From the NCBI GenBank assembly GCA_963777505.1, contig CAVZQN010000008.1, forward strand, positions 160,001 through 224,000: a stretch of 64,000 bases of DNA. Direction: 5' to 3'. This DNA is from an uncultured bacterium. Its GTDB lineage: Bacteria > Acidobacteriota > HRBIN11 > JAKEFK01. Under the pieces are notes generated by a model. It ran no database searches and was not told the DNA's origin. It saw only the letters and a list, made by a program, of their open reading frames with translations. Positions within the stretch are counted from its first letter, which is position 1, and each line of letters opens with the position of its first letter. Position numbers and translations under genes: made by a program. Positions 1-10,949 of the stretch are shown one piece after another.

Positions 1-2
1 GC

Positions 3-350
3 ATGATGGGAAGCCGGCAGGAGAATGAAGCAGTCCTGAACTCGTTTACGAAGGCAGATAAGGACTGGTGGAACGCTAATTACATGAAGATGTGTTCGGC
101 TTTTTACGGTCTTGACTGCCCTGGTGAAGGGATTTCAACCGAATCGACAATCTGGACCGATAAGTTTGAACCAGCCGGTCCCAATGCGGCAACAATTGAA
201 AGTTCCGAAATCGATGAGGAAAAAGGTACCGCGTGGTTAACGGTTCAGGGTCAGGATATTGAGTTCGTCAAAGAACGAGGTAACTGGAAAATGGTTGGAT
301 TCTTTGGTGTTCCGGAGGAACTTAAAGAAAAATACCCACAACTCAAATAG
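3..350 (+). CDS. Hypothetical protein, C-terminal part (probably truncated by the window edge; NTF2/DUF4878-like C-terminus)
   Basis: ORF open from the window start; ends in 'A.L.V....IEFVKE.GNWK', as seen in NTF2-like lipoproteins. Confidence 0.5.
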   Translation: MMGSRQENEAVLNSFTKADKDWWNANYMKMCSAFYGLDCPGEGISTESTIWTDKFEPAGPNAATIESSEIDEEKGTAWLTVQGQDIEFVKERGNWKMVGFFGVPEELKEKYPQLK

Positions 351-372
351 TTCTTAGCGCCTTTGCGGTAAT

Positions 373-1677
373 CTAATCGACGTAACCCTGTCGATATCTG
401 ATTTTCGTGTCGCCTTTTTTCACTTCGACTTTAATGCGATGATATTCACCCTTCTTAGGATGTTCGGGTGCGTTAAAGCAGGCTACATAGTAGTGGTTCA
501 AATCGTCCAAAATGTTATTGAACCCTAATTTAAAGTTTCTTGAATTTTGAAATGAAGTGCCGCCTGTTTCCTTGGCAATTTCGATCAGCGAATCCTGGTA
601 GTCTTGCAAAACAGAAAAGTCTTCCCGGCTGAGAACACTATTCATAGATGAAGTATTAGCCGCGCCAGGATTGACTGTCCCTCTTGTATTCATTGCGTAT
701 AGCGTAATGTTGTTACGGTTCAATTTGCCGATGCTATCTCGAATTTCTTTTCGAATATCGAAATTAAATTTTCTTTGACTGTCCGGAAATCGGAAATTCA
801 ATTCCATCGGATTGCTCGCTGCACCAGCCCACTCAACGAAACGAGTAATCAAATCAAAATATTGTCTTCCTGGATCTGCGGTGAATCCTCCGGAAACCAA
901 TAGAAGCACTGAGTGATCGTCACCTTTTCTTTTTCCAAGCTCATTTCCAAAAGTCTCCAATGCAGAGAGCGAGTATTTTGCAACATCTCGTTCCTCCCGT
1001 GCATAAGCTTGAGCGGTGTTATATGCACTACGAACGAGAGTATCAAACGACCGATCATCAACCTGATTTGCACCCCTTAATGTTTGTTCAAGCATATTTG
1101 TAATTTCTAACTTTGCCGATGTTATCCGTTGGTCTCGCAGTGGATTGGCCGGTGCTTTTTCAAGCGAGCGGCTGATTGCATCAATATCACGCGTAAAGGG
1201 CGCAACAATTCCCATCTTCCCTTTGGGTGTCAACGTTGCAATCATGACTTCCCAATTCCGTTCTTTAATTTGAGTTAAGAATTCTTGAATTTGAGGACGA
1301 ATATCGTTGTATTCAATGGGCGATGTGTTGAAGAGATCGAGAAAAAGAACGAGCTTCCGTGATATTACGGCAGGAACGCTTCCTCGATCGGCAGTAGATT
1401 CGGGTTCTTCAGGAATGGATGCTTCAACTCCACCTCTAATTTCTTCAAAGCAGGTGATATCCATTGAATGATCATCCTCGCGAATAACAAAATCTGCTTT
1501 CGTAAGTCCTTCGACGGGTTTTCCTGAATCATCAACAACCTTTATCCAAACATTAATCGTGGTTACGGATACTTCGTACTGCTGACTTCCTAGAAATGAC
1601 GAATTTTGCAATAAAAGAAAAAGAGTTAAAAAGATTGAAAGTTTGCGAGTTAAGCATGTTTTTTTTCTAATCCACAT
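373..1677 (-). CDS. Secreted VWA-domain protein (VWFA-related acidobacterial type)
   Basis: Signal peptide; 'V.V.D..GKPV.GLTK.DF.I.ED', 'IA.ETGG' and C-terminal 'YH.IKV.V.....IRYR.GY' motifs; exact start uncertain. Confidence 0.85.
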   Translation of the reverse strand: MWIRKKTCLTRKLSIFLTLFLLLQNSSFLGSQQYEVSVTTINVWIKVVDDSGKPVEGLTKADFVIREDDHSMDITCFEEIRGGVEASIPEEPESTADRGSVPAVISRKLVLFLDLFNTSPIEYNDIRPQIQEFLTQIKERNWEVMIATLTPKGKMGIVAPFTRDIDAISRSLEKAPANPLRDQRITSAKLEITNMLEQTLRGANQVDDRSFDTLVRSAYNTAQAYAREERDVAKYSLSALETFGNELGKRKGDDHSVLLLVSGGFTADPGRQYFDLITRFVEWAGAASNPMELNFRFPDSQRKFNFDIRKEIRDSIGKLNRNNITLYAMNTRGTVNPGAANTSSMNSVLSREDFSVLQDYQDSLIEIAKETGGTSFQNSRNFKLGFNNILDDLNHYYVACFNAPEHPKKGEYHRIKVEVKKGDTKIRYRQGYVD

Positions 1678-3027
1678 ATCCTAATCGATGCCTTAGATTT
1701 ACATCCGCTCTTTTGCTGACAACCTTGATGGAATGATACTCGCCATCCTTCTTATGTACCGGCGGCTGATAACACAAAAGATATTGATGACTTAAGTCGT
1801 CTAAAATATTATCAAAACCAACTTTAAAATTCTGAGAATTCTGAAACGATAAGCCTCCAGTTTCTTGTGCAATTTGTGAGAGAGAATCCTGATAATCGCG
1901 CGCCTGATTTACATCAAATGCCGCGTACGAAGATTGCATCTGCGTCACATCGGGACCGGAACCAGCCAGCCCACGTGTATTAATTGCATAAAGCGTAAGA
2001 TTATACCGATTTAATTTTCCAACGCTATGCTGAATTTGTTTTTCGAGGTCAAAGTTTATTTCTTTTGTACTTTCAGTATAAGTAAATTGCGGATTCCGAA
2101 GGGTTCACATTTCCAGCTTGATTCCCGACAAAATTATTTACCAGATCGTAATAGCGGCGCCCTGGATCGGAACTTACGCCACCGCTAAGAAATAATATGA
2201 TGGTGTGCTCACCCTCTGATAACCTTTTGCCATAATAGTCGCCGAAACTTTCGAGTGCTCCAAAAGAATGTTCGCCAGCATTTCGTTCTTGCCGGGCAAA
2301 ATATTGGGCCTGTCGATAGGCGTTGCTCACGGCGAGATTAAAAAAATGCTTATCAACTCCTAAAGCTGCCGCGGCTTGGCCTGCCCCTTCAGAAGTGCCT
2401 CGTTGATCACCCACAGTCTCAGGGTTAGGGACATCAGGAGCATCTTTTGTTATTTTTAAGACAGAAAGGATTTCAGTAATTTCACTTTCATTCCTTGCGA
2501 TCCTCTGATCTCGTTGTGCATTTCCTTTGGCTTGATCCAGCAATGCCCGGATCCGACCGAAATCCCGAGTAAAGGGGCTGACAACACCCAGTTTTCCTGA
2601 TGCAAGATAGGCGACTAACATCACCTCCCAGCTCGCCTTTTGAGAGTTGATCCAGGAATTCAACCATTTTGGGACGAAGACGTTCAAATTCGATTTGTGT
2701 TGAATTATGCAAATCCAAAAATAAAACAAATCTCTTCGGAAGAAGCTTCGTCGCAGGGGCAGCGCTATTTGTAACGACTGTAGTCGCCTCTGCCGGTGAA
2801 AAAGCAAATTTCACTTCTTCAAAACATTCGGACGAAACTCTTTTTCCGTCTTCAAAAATTTCAAAATCCTCTTTTTTCATGTTTGAGACAGGGTTTCCAG
2901 AGCGATCGCTCACCTTAACCCAAACGTTCACATTTGTGATGGAAACTTCATAATCCTGTCCGTCTGAAATCGGGCAGAAAACCAGGAAAAGCGCCAGCAA
3001 AGGCAGAATTCGCCTGAAATATGGCAA
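1667..3027 (-). pseudogene. Second VWFA-related protein, paralog of 373-1677, split by two frameshifts (~2645 and ~2090); probably sequencing indels
   Basis: ORFs 2488-3027, 2073-2807 and 1667-1948 join into one protein colinear with the neighbour (NFDLEKQIQHSVGKLNRYNLTLYAINTRG ... RHRLGYVD). Confidence 0.8.
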
Positions 3028-3097
3028 AGGATTACCCTCCTAATTAGAAGGTGAGTTAGAACGCGCAAGTATTTCAGCGAAGGAATGGGGGTTCTGC

Positions 3098-4018
3098 TTA
3101 AAGTACGGAAAGAAGCGCACTAAATCCGTCTTTAAATGAAGGAAATACGGGACTCCAACCAAGGTTTTTTATTTTCTCAGTTTTGCAGCGGAAGGATGCT
3201 GTTAGAGTTTCAACAATGTCTGATCCGAGCGCAAATTTTGCGATCCGTTTGGGGATGCGGATCGGTTCGGTAGTCTTCAGCAGGTCACAAAGATGACGTA
3301 AAAAATCAACACATGTCACTGGATGGTCATCGCTGACAATGAATATTTCACGGTTACGAATGGATTCCTTCTCATTCAAAACTTTCCATACGGCTGCGGC
3401 GGCATCTTGAGCATGGATCATATTCCAGTAATAATTGCCGTCACCAATAATCGGAAACCTTCTCTGGCTTAATTCCTTCAGCATCGTTTGCGTGTGCCAG
3501 GCTTCCGGATGATAAAAAAGCGAAAAACGGAATGAAACTCCACTGATTCCATTTTGCGCTGTAAGAAACATTTCTTCCATTTTGTGTGATGACTGCGTAA
3601 ATTGTCCGGGAAAAACATTCGAATCTTCATCTACCCAGGCGCCTTGATGATCGCCGTAGAGAAAAACAACGCCTGCTTGACAGTAGAAGACTTCCCTTTC
3701 ACTCAATTGATTTAACACATTTGAAGTGCCTTCAATGCGGATCCGGTCGTTTAATTCCCAATCTCGATTCGATGGTTTTAGTTTGCGTGGGATGGCCGAT
3801 GCAAAATTCAGCACCACATCCTGACCTTGAATTGCTGCTTTTAGTGATTCGCTATCCAGAATATTTCCCTGCAGAGTTTCAACACCGTACATCTCAAGGG
3901 AAGTTCCTTTTTCAGGATTACGCACAAGCGCTGTAATTTTGGCGTGAGGGTTTTGACTGGCTAGCCTGCAAAAACTATTTCCGAGGACACCAGTGCCCCC
4001 AATAAGAAGGATTTTCAT
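3098..4018 (-). CDS. NAD(P)-dependent epimerase/dehydratase (atypical SDR)
   Basis: N-terminal GGTGVLG Rossmann motif; 'IHAQDAA' and 'LGWSP' motifs. Confidence 0.85.
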   Translation of the reverse strand: MKILLIGGTGVLGNSFCRLASQNPHAKITALVRNPEKGTSLEMYGVETLQGNILDSESLKAAIQGQDVVLNFASAIPRKLKPSNRDWELNDRIRIEGTSNVLNQLSEREVFYCQAGVVFLYGDHQGAWVDEDSNVFPGQFTQSSHKMEEMFLTAQNGISGVSFRFSLFYHPEAWHTQTMLKELSQRRFPIIGDGNYYWNMIHAQDAAAAVWKVLNEKESIRNREIFIVSDDHPVTCVDFLRHLCDLLKTTEPIRIPKRIAKFALGSDIVETLTASFRCKTEKIKNLGWSPVFPSFKDGFSALLSVL

Positions 4019-4049
4019 GAGCCATACAGCATAAACAAGATTCTATTAC

Positions 4050-4079
4050 TTGACAACCTTTTACCGATGCCGTTATTCT
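4050..4079 (+). promoter_or_regulatory. Sigma70 promoter of the trp/aro operon
   Basis: TTGACA (4050-4055), 18-nt spacer, TATTCT (4074-4079), just upstream of the leader peptide. Confidence 0.7.
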
Positions 4080-4102
4080 TCTCTTTCAGGTCAGAAATAA
4101 TT

Positions 4103-4153
4103 ATGATCTATTGCTCAACAATCAACCACTATTATTGGTGGTACCGCTACTAA
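4103..4153 (+). CDS. trpL: Attenuator leader peptide MIYCSTINHYYWWYRY (2 Trp, 5 Tyr)
   Basis: Read directly: ATG ATC TAT TGC TCA ACA ATC AAC CAC TAT TAT TGG TGG TAC CGC TAC TAA, upstream of trpE. Confidence 0.9.
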   Translation: MIYCSTINHYYWWYRY

Positions 4154-4240
4154 GCGGGTTGTTGGGCTCTTACTGACTGCACAACTTTAGAAAACAACAA
4201 CCCACTAATCCAAAAAGGGATTGGTGGGTTTTTTTATTTT
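4114..4240 (+). promoter_or_regulatory. Transcription attenuator with mutually exclusive antiterminator and terminator
   Basis: GGGTTGTTG (4156-4164) pairs with CAACAACCC (4195-4203), which overlaps the terminator stem AACCCACTAATCC (4199-4211)/GGATTGGTGGGTT (4218-4230) plus a U tract; 4156-4166 can instead pair with the leader coding region. Confidence 0.85.
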
Positions 4241-4243
4241 GTG

Positions 4244-4316
4244 GTAGGGGCGGATCTAAGACCCGTCCGAGTGAAAGCGTCATGATTCACGCGGGCGGTT
4301 CTAGACCTGCCCCTAC
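4244..4316. repeat. GTAG-type REP doublet (family A, GTAGGGGCGGGTCTWAGACCCGCCCG)
   Basis: GTAGGGGCGGATCTAAGACCCGTCCG ... CGGGCGGTTCTAGACCTGCCCCTAC in inverted arrangement. Confidence 0.85.
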
Positions 4317-4321
4317 AAAAA

Positions 4322-5668
4322 ATGAATACAAATCATCAGTTCGCAGCGGATCTTGAAACACCGGTATCTGCATTTTTGAAGTTGGACCCGTTACACCCAA
4401 TCTTTCTATTGGAAAGTGTAGAACGAAACGAGACCGTAGGCAGGTTTTCCTTTATCGGAATACTTCCCAAGAAATACATTCTCTGGTCTCATACAGAAAC
4501 TGCTGAGGAATTCTTCGGGAACTTATCACAAAGTCTTTCGGAATTGCCGATCTGTAATGATTTGCCGCTTGAATCAGGCTTGATTGGATTTATTTCATAT
4601 CATGCAGCATCACGTCTACATCCAAAACTGCCTTTGAAAAATACACGTTATCCGCTCGCAGGGTTTGTTGTACCTTCCGCGATTTTAACTTTTGATCATG
4701 TGAAACGGAAAATCGTGCTCACTTCAACTCTTAATCCTGATGAAGAGACATCATTAGCTCGTGAAATCAAGACCTGTTTGCAATCTTCTGTAAAACTGCC
4801 GCGACACGGCAAATCAACGCTTCCAGTTTCCATGACATCACAGAATGAATTTTGCGATCAAGTCTCGCGTGTTCTTCAATACATTAAAGCTGGTGACATA
4901 TTTCAAGCAGTGCTGTCGATGCAGTTTGAAGGCAAATCAGATGCTGATCCATTTCAAATGTATCGCGCGTTACGGATGATTAATCCATCACCCTACATGT
5001 TTTATCTGAACTTTCAGGACAGGTTTCAGTTCTTTGGATCAAGTCCAGAAACAATGGTACGGACAGAAAAACGCCCGGATGGGCGAACGCGCATTGTTGT
5101 TCGACCGATCGCGGGAACGCGTCCGCGCGGCATCAACGATATTGAAGATCAAGCATTTCGATCTGATTTGCTTGCAGATTCAAAAGAACGAGCTGAACAT
5201 CTCATGCTGCTTGATCTTGCTAGAAACGATGTTGGAAGAATCGCAGAGAGTGGAACCGTTTGTGTTTCTGAATTTATGAAAGTCGAAAACTATTCGCATG
5301 TGATGCATCTGGTTTCCACGGTGGAAGGACTCAATGAAAACAATCTTTCAATAAAAGATTTATTTAAGGCAGTGTTTCCTGCAGGAACTGTTTCCGGCGC
5401 ACCCAAAATTAGAGCAATGCAAATCATCGATGAATTGGAACCGCATGAACGTGGACTCTATGCCGGTTCGCTCGGCTACTTTTCAAGCTCAGGACAGATT
5501 GATCATTGTCTCTCAATCCGCTGTTTGTTGCGCGAACAAGATCGATACGTTTATACAGCCGGAGCAGGAATCGTCGCCGATTCTAATCCTGAAAAAGAAC
5601 ATGACGAAATCCAGAATAAAGCTCTTGCACTTAAAACAATGTTGAAAATGTCGGAAGAAAATTTATGA
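4322..5668 (+). CDS. trpE: Anthranilate synthase component I
   Basis: DLETPVS, NPSPYM, RPIAGTRPRG, EHLMLLDLARND and PAGTVSGAPK motifs. Confidence 0.95.
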   Translation: MNTNHQFAADLETPVSAFLKLDPLHPIFLLESVERNETVGRFSFIGILPKKYILWSHTETAEEFFGNLSQSLSELPICNDLPLESGLIGFISYHAASRLHPKLPLKNTRYPLAGFVVPSAILTFDHVKRKIVLTSTLNPDEETSLAREIKTCLQSSVKLPRHGKSTLPVSMTSQNEFCDQVSRVLQYIKAGDIFQAVLSMQFEGKSDADPFQMYRALRMINPSPYMFYLNFQDRFQFFGSSPETMVRTEKRPDGRTRIVVRPIAGTRPRGINDIEDQAFRSDLLADSKERAEHLMLLDLARNDVGRIAESGTVCVSEFMKVENYSHVMHLVSTVEGLNENNLSIKDLFKAVFPAGTVSGAPKIRAMQIIDELEPHERGLYAGSLGYFSSSGQIDHCLSIRCLLREQDRYVYTAGAGIVADSNPEKEHDEIQNKALALKTMLKMSEENL

Positions 5669-6234
5669 AACACATTCTTCTGATCGATAACTACGATTCA
5701 TTTACTTACAATTTGTTTCAAGCGTTTACACACCTGGGCGCTCGTGTGAGCGTTTATTACAACGATGCAATTACCTTGAATCAGGCCGAAGAGCTTTCCC
5801 CAACACACCTTGTGATTTCGCCGGGTCCAGGAACACCTGAAGATGCAGGAATTTCGAATGAAATGATTGTGAATTTTCACAAGAAAATTCCAGTACTGGG
5901 TGTTTGTCTGGGACATCAATGTCTTGCACATGCATTTGGAGGGAAAGTTTCAAATGCTCCGGTTTTAATGCATGGAAAGACTTCCATGATCCTGCATGAT
6001 GGATCAGGAGTATTCTCGGGAATTCCAAATCCATTTGAAGCGACACGTTATCATTCATTGATCGTAGAAGAAGAAGCACTTCCTTCCTGTTTTCATATCT
6101 CTGCACATACTGCTGCTGGTGAAATCATGGGGCTGCGGCTTAAAGGCACAAAAACAGAAGGAGTTCAATTTCATCCTGAATCTTACATGACAAAAGAAGG
6201 CATCCATCTGATGAAAAATTTTCTGGAACTGTAA
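5665..6234 (+). CDS. trpG: Anthranilate synthase component II (glutamine amidotransferase)
   Basis: IDNYDSFTYN, SPGPG, GVCLGHQ, RYHSL, QFHPES. Confidence 0.95.
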   Translation: MKHILLIDNYDSFTYNLFQAFTHLGARVSVYYNDAITLNQAEELSPTHLVISPGPGTPEDAGISNEMIVNFHKKIPVLGVCLGHQCLAHAFGGKVSNAPVLMHGKTSMILHDGSGVFSGIPNPFEATRYHSLIVEEEALPSCFHISAHTAAGEIMGLRLKGTKTEGVQFHPESYMTKEGIHLMKNFLEL

Positions 6235-6238
6235 TGAA

Positions 6239-6264
6239 GTAGGGGCGGGTCTTAGACCCGCCCG
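6239..6264. repeat. REP family A, single copy
   Basis: GTAGGGGCGGGTCTTAGACCCGCCCG between trpG and trpD. Confidence 0.85.
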
Positions 6265-6275
6265 GAACAGAATAT

Positions 6276-7292
6276 ATGACTTTCAAAGAACTGTTCGAAA
6301 AAATTTACGATCGGCAAAACTTAACCATTGAAGAAAGCCGTACCGCTCTTCTTAGCATGTTGGAAGGAAGTTGTGAGCCGCCGCAGATTAGTGCTTTTCT
6401 AACAGTCTTACATATGAAAGGAGAAACTCCGGAGGAGCTTGCCGGTTTCGCGCTTGCAATGCGGCAGATGGCAGTTCCAGTTCCTCTTGACGGCTACAAA
6501 ACCATAGACACTTGCGGAACTGGTGGCGACCGAAAGGGGAGTTTTAATATTTCGACGGTGGCTGCGTTTGTTGTTGCGGGCACCGGAATTCCCGTTGCAA
6601 AACATGGCAATCGCGCAGCAAGTTCTTTATGTGGAAGCGCCGATTTGTTGGAAGCTCTGGGAATCCGCGCAAGATTAAAACCCGAAGAAGCAGCTGAAAC
6701 GTTAACCGAAACCGGATTTACATTTCTGTTTGCACCTGATTACCATCCCGCAACGCAATACGTTGGAAAAATTCGACGCCTCCTCGGAGTACCGACATTA
6801 TTCAATTACCTGGGACCCATCACAAATCCAGCGAAACCTGACGCACAGTTAATCGGTGTATTCGATCAAAGAGGAATGGAATTGATGGCGGCCGCATTTC
6901 AACTACTGGAACCTGCCAAAAAGATTCTACTTTTGCATTCACTCGAAGGTTGGGATGAAGCAACAACTTGCGGAGACTTCATTACTTTTACTCCAGGCCG
7001 AAAACCAACAACGATGAATGCAACCGAATTCGGCATGAAGCCATGCCTTGCTCAGGATCTGACAGGTAAAGATCCTGTAACCAACGCACAGATAGCTCTT
7101 TCCATATTGAAAGGCGAAACGGGCCCAAAAAGGGATGCAGTATTACTCAACGCAGCATTGGCAATTCAACTCTACAATCCGCATTTATCTGTCAGTGAAT
7201 CTCTAAAAGATGCGGCAAAATCAATTGACTCGGGCTACGCACTAAACGTCGTTCGACTGTTACAAGAAAAATTCCCACTGAATGCATCATGA
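6276..7292 (+). CDS. trpD: Anthranilate phosphoribosyltransferase
   Basis: DTCGTGGD, NIST, KHGNR, GSADLLE. Confidence 0.95.
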   Translation: MTFKELFEKIYDRQNLTIEESRTALLSMLEGSCEPPQISAFLTVLHMKGETPEELAGFALAMRQMAVPVPLDGYKTIDTCGTGGDRKGSFNISTVAAFVVAGTGIPVAKHGNRAASSLCGSADLLEALGIRARLKPEEAAETLTETGFTFLFAPDYHPATQYVGKIRRLLGVPTLFNYLGPITNPAKPDAQLIGVFDQRGMELMAAAFQLLEPAKKILLLHSLEGWDEATTCGDFITFTPGRKPTTMNATEFGMKPCLAQDLTGKDPVTNAQIALSILKGETGPKRDAVLLNAALAIQLYNPHLSVSESLKDAAKSIDSGYALNVVRLLQEKFPLNAS

Positions 7293-8614
7293 CTCAAATT
7301 GACAAGCTTCTTCAGCTCAAACAACTACAAATTGAAAAGCTTAAAAGCTCAGAATTTCACATTTCAATTCCAAATGACAATCGATTGGTGAATTGGGATC
7401 GGGATACATTTCGGATCATTGCTGAGTTGAAGCGTGCTTCGTTATCGGCTGGTTCAATTCGTCCCGGTCTAAATCCTGTAATCCTCGCACAGGCTTATGA
7501 ACGATCGGGGGCAGCAGCGCTCTCAATTCTCACAGAAGAAAATTACTTCCATGGTTCCTTAGAAGATTTAAGCACTGTACGCGACGTTGTTTCTTTACCA
7601 CTCCTCCAAAAAGACTTCATACTGGATGAAACTCAAATTGCACAAGCAAAACAAAAAGGCGCATCGTTTGTTCTTCTGATCGCTCGTTTTCTCAGTGCTT
7701 CAAAACTTAGAGAGCTTTCAAGATACGCTGAGCAAATTGAAATGAATGCGATCGTTGAAATTACAGATCTTAAGGATTTGGAAAAGGTCGACTTTCCGAT
7801 TCATTATCTCGGAGTAAATTCACGCGACCTTGACACACTTCAAGTGGATACAAACAAATTCAAGACACTCCGATCCTATTTACCAGATGTCTATCTGATT
7901 GCCGAAAGTGGAATCAATAATCTTGAAACACTTCAAAGCGTGATTGATCTAGGCTACAACGCTGCATTAATTGGTGAACATTTTCTTCGATGCACTGATC
8001 CAGCAGTGGAATTGAGCCGTTTTACAGCAGTTAGTAGGTTCGGGTCTAAGACTCGCCCGCCTAAAGTTAAGATTTGCGGAATTACATCCGAACGAGACGC
8101 TATGCTTGCAATTGATGCAGGTGCCGCCGCACTAGGATTTATTTTTGCAGAAAGCCCGCGAAAAGTCGCTCCGGAAGTACTCTCATCATTCCGTGATCGT
8201 ATTCCGGATTCAATTTTATGTGTCGGCGTTTTCAAAGGACAGACCGGCGATTCAATTCGTGAAGTCATGAAAGAGTTTAACCTTCATGTAGCTCAGATTT
8301 ACGATGAAGTCGATCCTGGCGTTCCTATATGGAAAGCACGCATTATTACTTCCGTTTTTGATTTTGAAGGCGCCTATCATGACAAGCAAACGCTTTGGGA
8401 TTTCAAAGCAGAAGAACCCGAATTAACTTACCTCTGGAACATTGCAAGAAAACGGAAAATATTTGCGCTTGCCGGCGGGTTGCGTCCAGGTAACGTTTCA
8501 AAAGCTGTAAGCATATGCAATCCGGAATGGGTTGATGTAGCACGCGGTGTAGAGCAAAGCCCGGGAATAAAAGATGAAACCCAACTCCGGGCATTTATGA
8601 AGGCAATCATATGA
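7289..8614 (+). CDS. trpCF: Bifunctional indole-3-glycerol-phosphate synthase / phosphoribosylanthranilate isomerase (TrpC-TrpF fusion)
   Basis: [26 protein letters not shown], followed by [21 protein letters not shown]. Confidence 0.9.
   Translation: MTQIDKLLQLKQLQIEKLKSSEFHISIPNDNRLVNWDRDTFRIIAELKRASLSAGSIRPGLNPVILAQAYERSGAAALSILTEENYFHGSLEDLSTVRDVVSLPLLQKDFILDETQIAQAKQKGASFVLLIARFLSASKLRELSRYAEQIEMNAIVEITDLKDLEKVDFPIHYLGVNSRDLDTLQVDTNKFKTLRSYLPDVYLIAESGINNLETLQSVIDLGYNAALIGEHFLRCTDPAVELSRFTAVSRFGSKTRPPKVKICGITSERDAMLAIDAGAAALGFIFAESPRKVAPEVLSSFRDRIPDSILCVGVFKGQTGDSIREVMKEFNLHVAQIYDEVDPGVPIWKARIITSVFDFEGAYHDKQTLWDFKAEEPELTYLWNIARKRKIFALAGGLRPGNVSKAVSICNPEWVDVARGVEQSPGIKDETQLRAFMKAII
8034..8059. 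repeat. REP family A copy inside the trpC-trpF interdomain linker
   Basis: GTAGGTTCGGGTCTAAGACTCGCCCG, 22/26 identical to 6239-6264; encodes SRFGSKTRP. Confidence 0.75.
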
Positions 8615-9777
8615 ACCCTGTTCCAGATTCAAAAGGATACTTCGGTAAATACGGAGGCAGGTTCGTTCCGGAAACTTTGATGGAAGCGTTACTGGAACTG
8701 GAACGTCAGTACGCGAAAGTTTGTGAAACTGATGCATTTCAGAATGAACTGGACCAGATGCTTCGCATTTTTGCCGGACGTCCAACACCACTGTATCCTG
8801 CACACCGGCTTTCCTCAGAGTTGAGAATCGGAAACATCTACTTAAAACGTGAAGACCTCTGTCATACAGGTGCTCACAAAATTAACAACTGTGTAGGTCA
8901 GGCACTTTTTGCAAAGCACTGCAATAAAAACAGGATCGTTGCTGAAACAGGCGCTGGCCAGCATGGCGTTGCAACCGCAGCTGTGTGCGCAAAACTCGGG
9001 TTGCAATGTGTTGTCTATATGGGCGCTCGCGATATGGAGCGTCAGAAGATGAATGTTCAGCGCATGCGATTTTTTGGCGCTGAAGTCCGGGCTGTGCATC
9101 AGGGTTCGCAAACCCTGAAGGACGCAATCAATGAAGCTCTTCGAGATTGGATTACAAACGTTGCGTCAACTCATTATTTGATCGGTTCAGTTGTTGGTCC
9201 TCATCCATATCCGATGATCGTGCGAAATTTTCAGAAAATAATCGGTGAAGAAGTGAAAGAACAACTCAAAGCATTGAAAGAACAGCCTTCCACATTCATT
9301 GCTTGTGTTGGCGGCGGTTCGAATGCCATTGGACTTTTTTACCCATTCCTTGAAACTTCTTCGCGTTTAATCGGGGTTGAAGCTGGCGGCGAAAATGAAT
9401 TTGAGGAAAAACACGCTGCAACTCTGAAACATGGATTTCCCGGAATTCTTCACGGATCTTATACATACGTTCTTCAACGCAAAGGTGGACAGATCAGTGA
9501 AACAGAATCAGTCGCACCCGGCCTTGATTATGCAGCAGTCGGACCTGAACACAGTTATTTAAAAGATATTGGCCGGGTGGAATACGTCACCGTAAGCGAT
9601 GCAGAAGCAATCGATGCTTTTTTGCTTTTGAATCAACAGGAAGGCATCCTACCAGCACTTGAATCTTGTCATGCAATCGCTTATTTGAAAAAACTTCCCA
9701 AGCATGATGGTGCAATTGTTGTAAGCCTCTCCGGTCGAGGCGACAAAGATCTCGGAATTTTGGACGGAAAGTTATGA
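8611..9777 (+). CDS. trpB: Tryptophan synthase beta chain
   Basis: [31 protein letters not shown]. Confidence 0.97.
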   Translation: MNPVPDSKGYFGKYGGRFVPETLMEALLELERQYAKVCETDAFQNELDQMLRIFAGRPTPLYPAHRLSSELRIGNIYLKREDLCHTGAHKINNCVGQALFAKHCNKNRIVAETGAGQHGVATAAVCAKLGLQCVVYMGARDMERQKMNVQRMRFFGAEVRAVHQGSQTLKDAINEALRDWITNVASTHYLIGSVVGPHPYPMIVRNFQKIIGEEVKEQLKALKEQPSTFIACVGGGSNAIGLFYPFLETSSRLIGVEAGGENEFEEKHAATLKHGFPGILHGSYTYVLQRKGGQISETESVAPGLDYAAVGPEHSYLKDIGRVEYVTVSDAEAIDAFLLLNQQEGILPALESCHAIAYLKKLPKHDGAIVVSLSGRGDKDLGILDGKL

Positions 9778-10499
9778 GACGAAAATTCTTTCCGTACCTT
9801 ATGCTTGACTTTCCAACACGTGATTTTTTTCAGGATTTATTGGATCTGGCACAAGAACATGCAGACTTCATCGAAATTGGAATTCCTTTCAGCGATCCTG
9901 TGGCGGATGGACCGGTAATTCAATCCGCTGCACATGATGTGCTTCAACGAAGATTTGATCCTGATCAAATCTTTAGCCTTTTACAAAAACGGAAGCGAAA
10001 AGTTCCTGTTGCTCTGATGACGTATGCAAATCCTGTCTGGAATTATGGATTGGATGCTTTTTGCAAAGCCTGCGCTGAGGCCGGCATTCAGGCTTTGATT
10101 GTGCCTGATGTGCCTTTTGAAGAATCAGCCCCATGGCAAGGGGCTGCATCGGCTTCGGGACTTTCGTGGATTTCCTTTGTTTCACTTTTTACAAAGGAAG
10201 AAAGATTGCAAAAAATCTGCAGCTCGGCGCAAGGTTTTCTCTATCTTGTTTCTGTTGCCGGCGTTACGGGAACAAAAATTGCGGAAACGGAATTAGTGCG
10301 ATCAAAAGCAAAACAAATAAAAGCTTATACCGACATCCCGATTGCTCTGGGTTTTGGGATTCGATCGATCCAGGACACAGCGCCTTATCAAGATGTGATT
10401 GATGCATTTATAGTGGGCACAAGAATTATCGAAGTCATTCGTGAAACAAATTCGATTCAGGCGGTAGAAAAATTATTCCGTGAATTCTCCGCCGATTAG
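9774..10499 (+). CDS. trpA: Tryptophan synthase alpha chain
   Basis: [25 protein letters not shown]. Confidence 0.95.
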   Translation: MRRKFFPYLMLDFPTRDFFQDLLDLAQEHADFIEIGIPFSDPVADGPVIQSAAHDVLQRRFDPDQIFSLLQKRKRKVPVALMTYANPVWNYGLDAFCKACAEAGIQALIVPDVPFEESAPWQGAASASGLSWISFVSLFTKEERLQKICSSAQGFLYLVSVAGVTGTKIAETELVRSKAKQIKAYTDIPIALGFGIRSIQDTAPYQDVIDAFIVGTRIIEVIRETNSIQAVEKLFREFSAD

Positions 10500-10548
10500 T
10501 AGGGGCGACCCTTGTGGTCGCCCGGGCCGCCACAAGGGCGGCCCCTAC
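10499..10548. repeat. GTAG-type REP doublet (family B, GTAGGGGCGACCCTTGTGGTCGCCC)
   Basis: GTAGGGGCGACCCTTGTGGTCGCCC followed by GGGCCGCCACAAGGGCGGCCCCTAC. Confidence 0.85.
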
Positions 10549-10571
10549 CAAGTTTTAGAAGGAGGAAATTC

Positions 10572-10949
10572 ATGTTAAGAGGAATTCGAGGCGCAATTCA
10601 GGTAGAAGCAAATGAACCTGAGGATATCCTGAATGCGGCTGCAATATTAATGAAACGCCTGATTGAAGCCAATGATATTCAAGCAGATAGTGTCGCTGCT
10701 GTATTTTTTACAGTGACATCCGATTTAAATGCAGCATTTCCAGCAGCTGTTCGCAAAGAACTTGGTTGGACTTCTGTGCCATTTCTATGTAGTCAGGAAA
10801 TTCCAGTTCCAAACGCTATGCGGCAAATTTTGCGTGTGTTGGTTTTGTGCGAAACGAAATTGAGCGCAGATGAAATCCGGCATCAATATGTTGGGACGGC
10901 TTCCAGTCTGCGTCCTGATCTAACGAGGGAAGGAGGTTTTCCAAAATGA
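10572..10949 (+). CDS. aroH: Chorismate mutase, AroH class
   Basis: [22 protein letters not shown]; start reset to ATG 10572 after GGAGG. Confidence 0.92.
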   Translation: MLRGIRGAIQVEANEPEDILNAAAILMKRLIEANDIQADSVAAVFFTVTSDLNAAFPAAVRKELGWTSVPFLCSQEIPVPNAMRQILRVLVLCETKLSADEIRHQYVGTASSLRPDLTREGGFPK

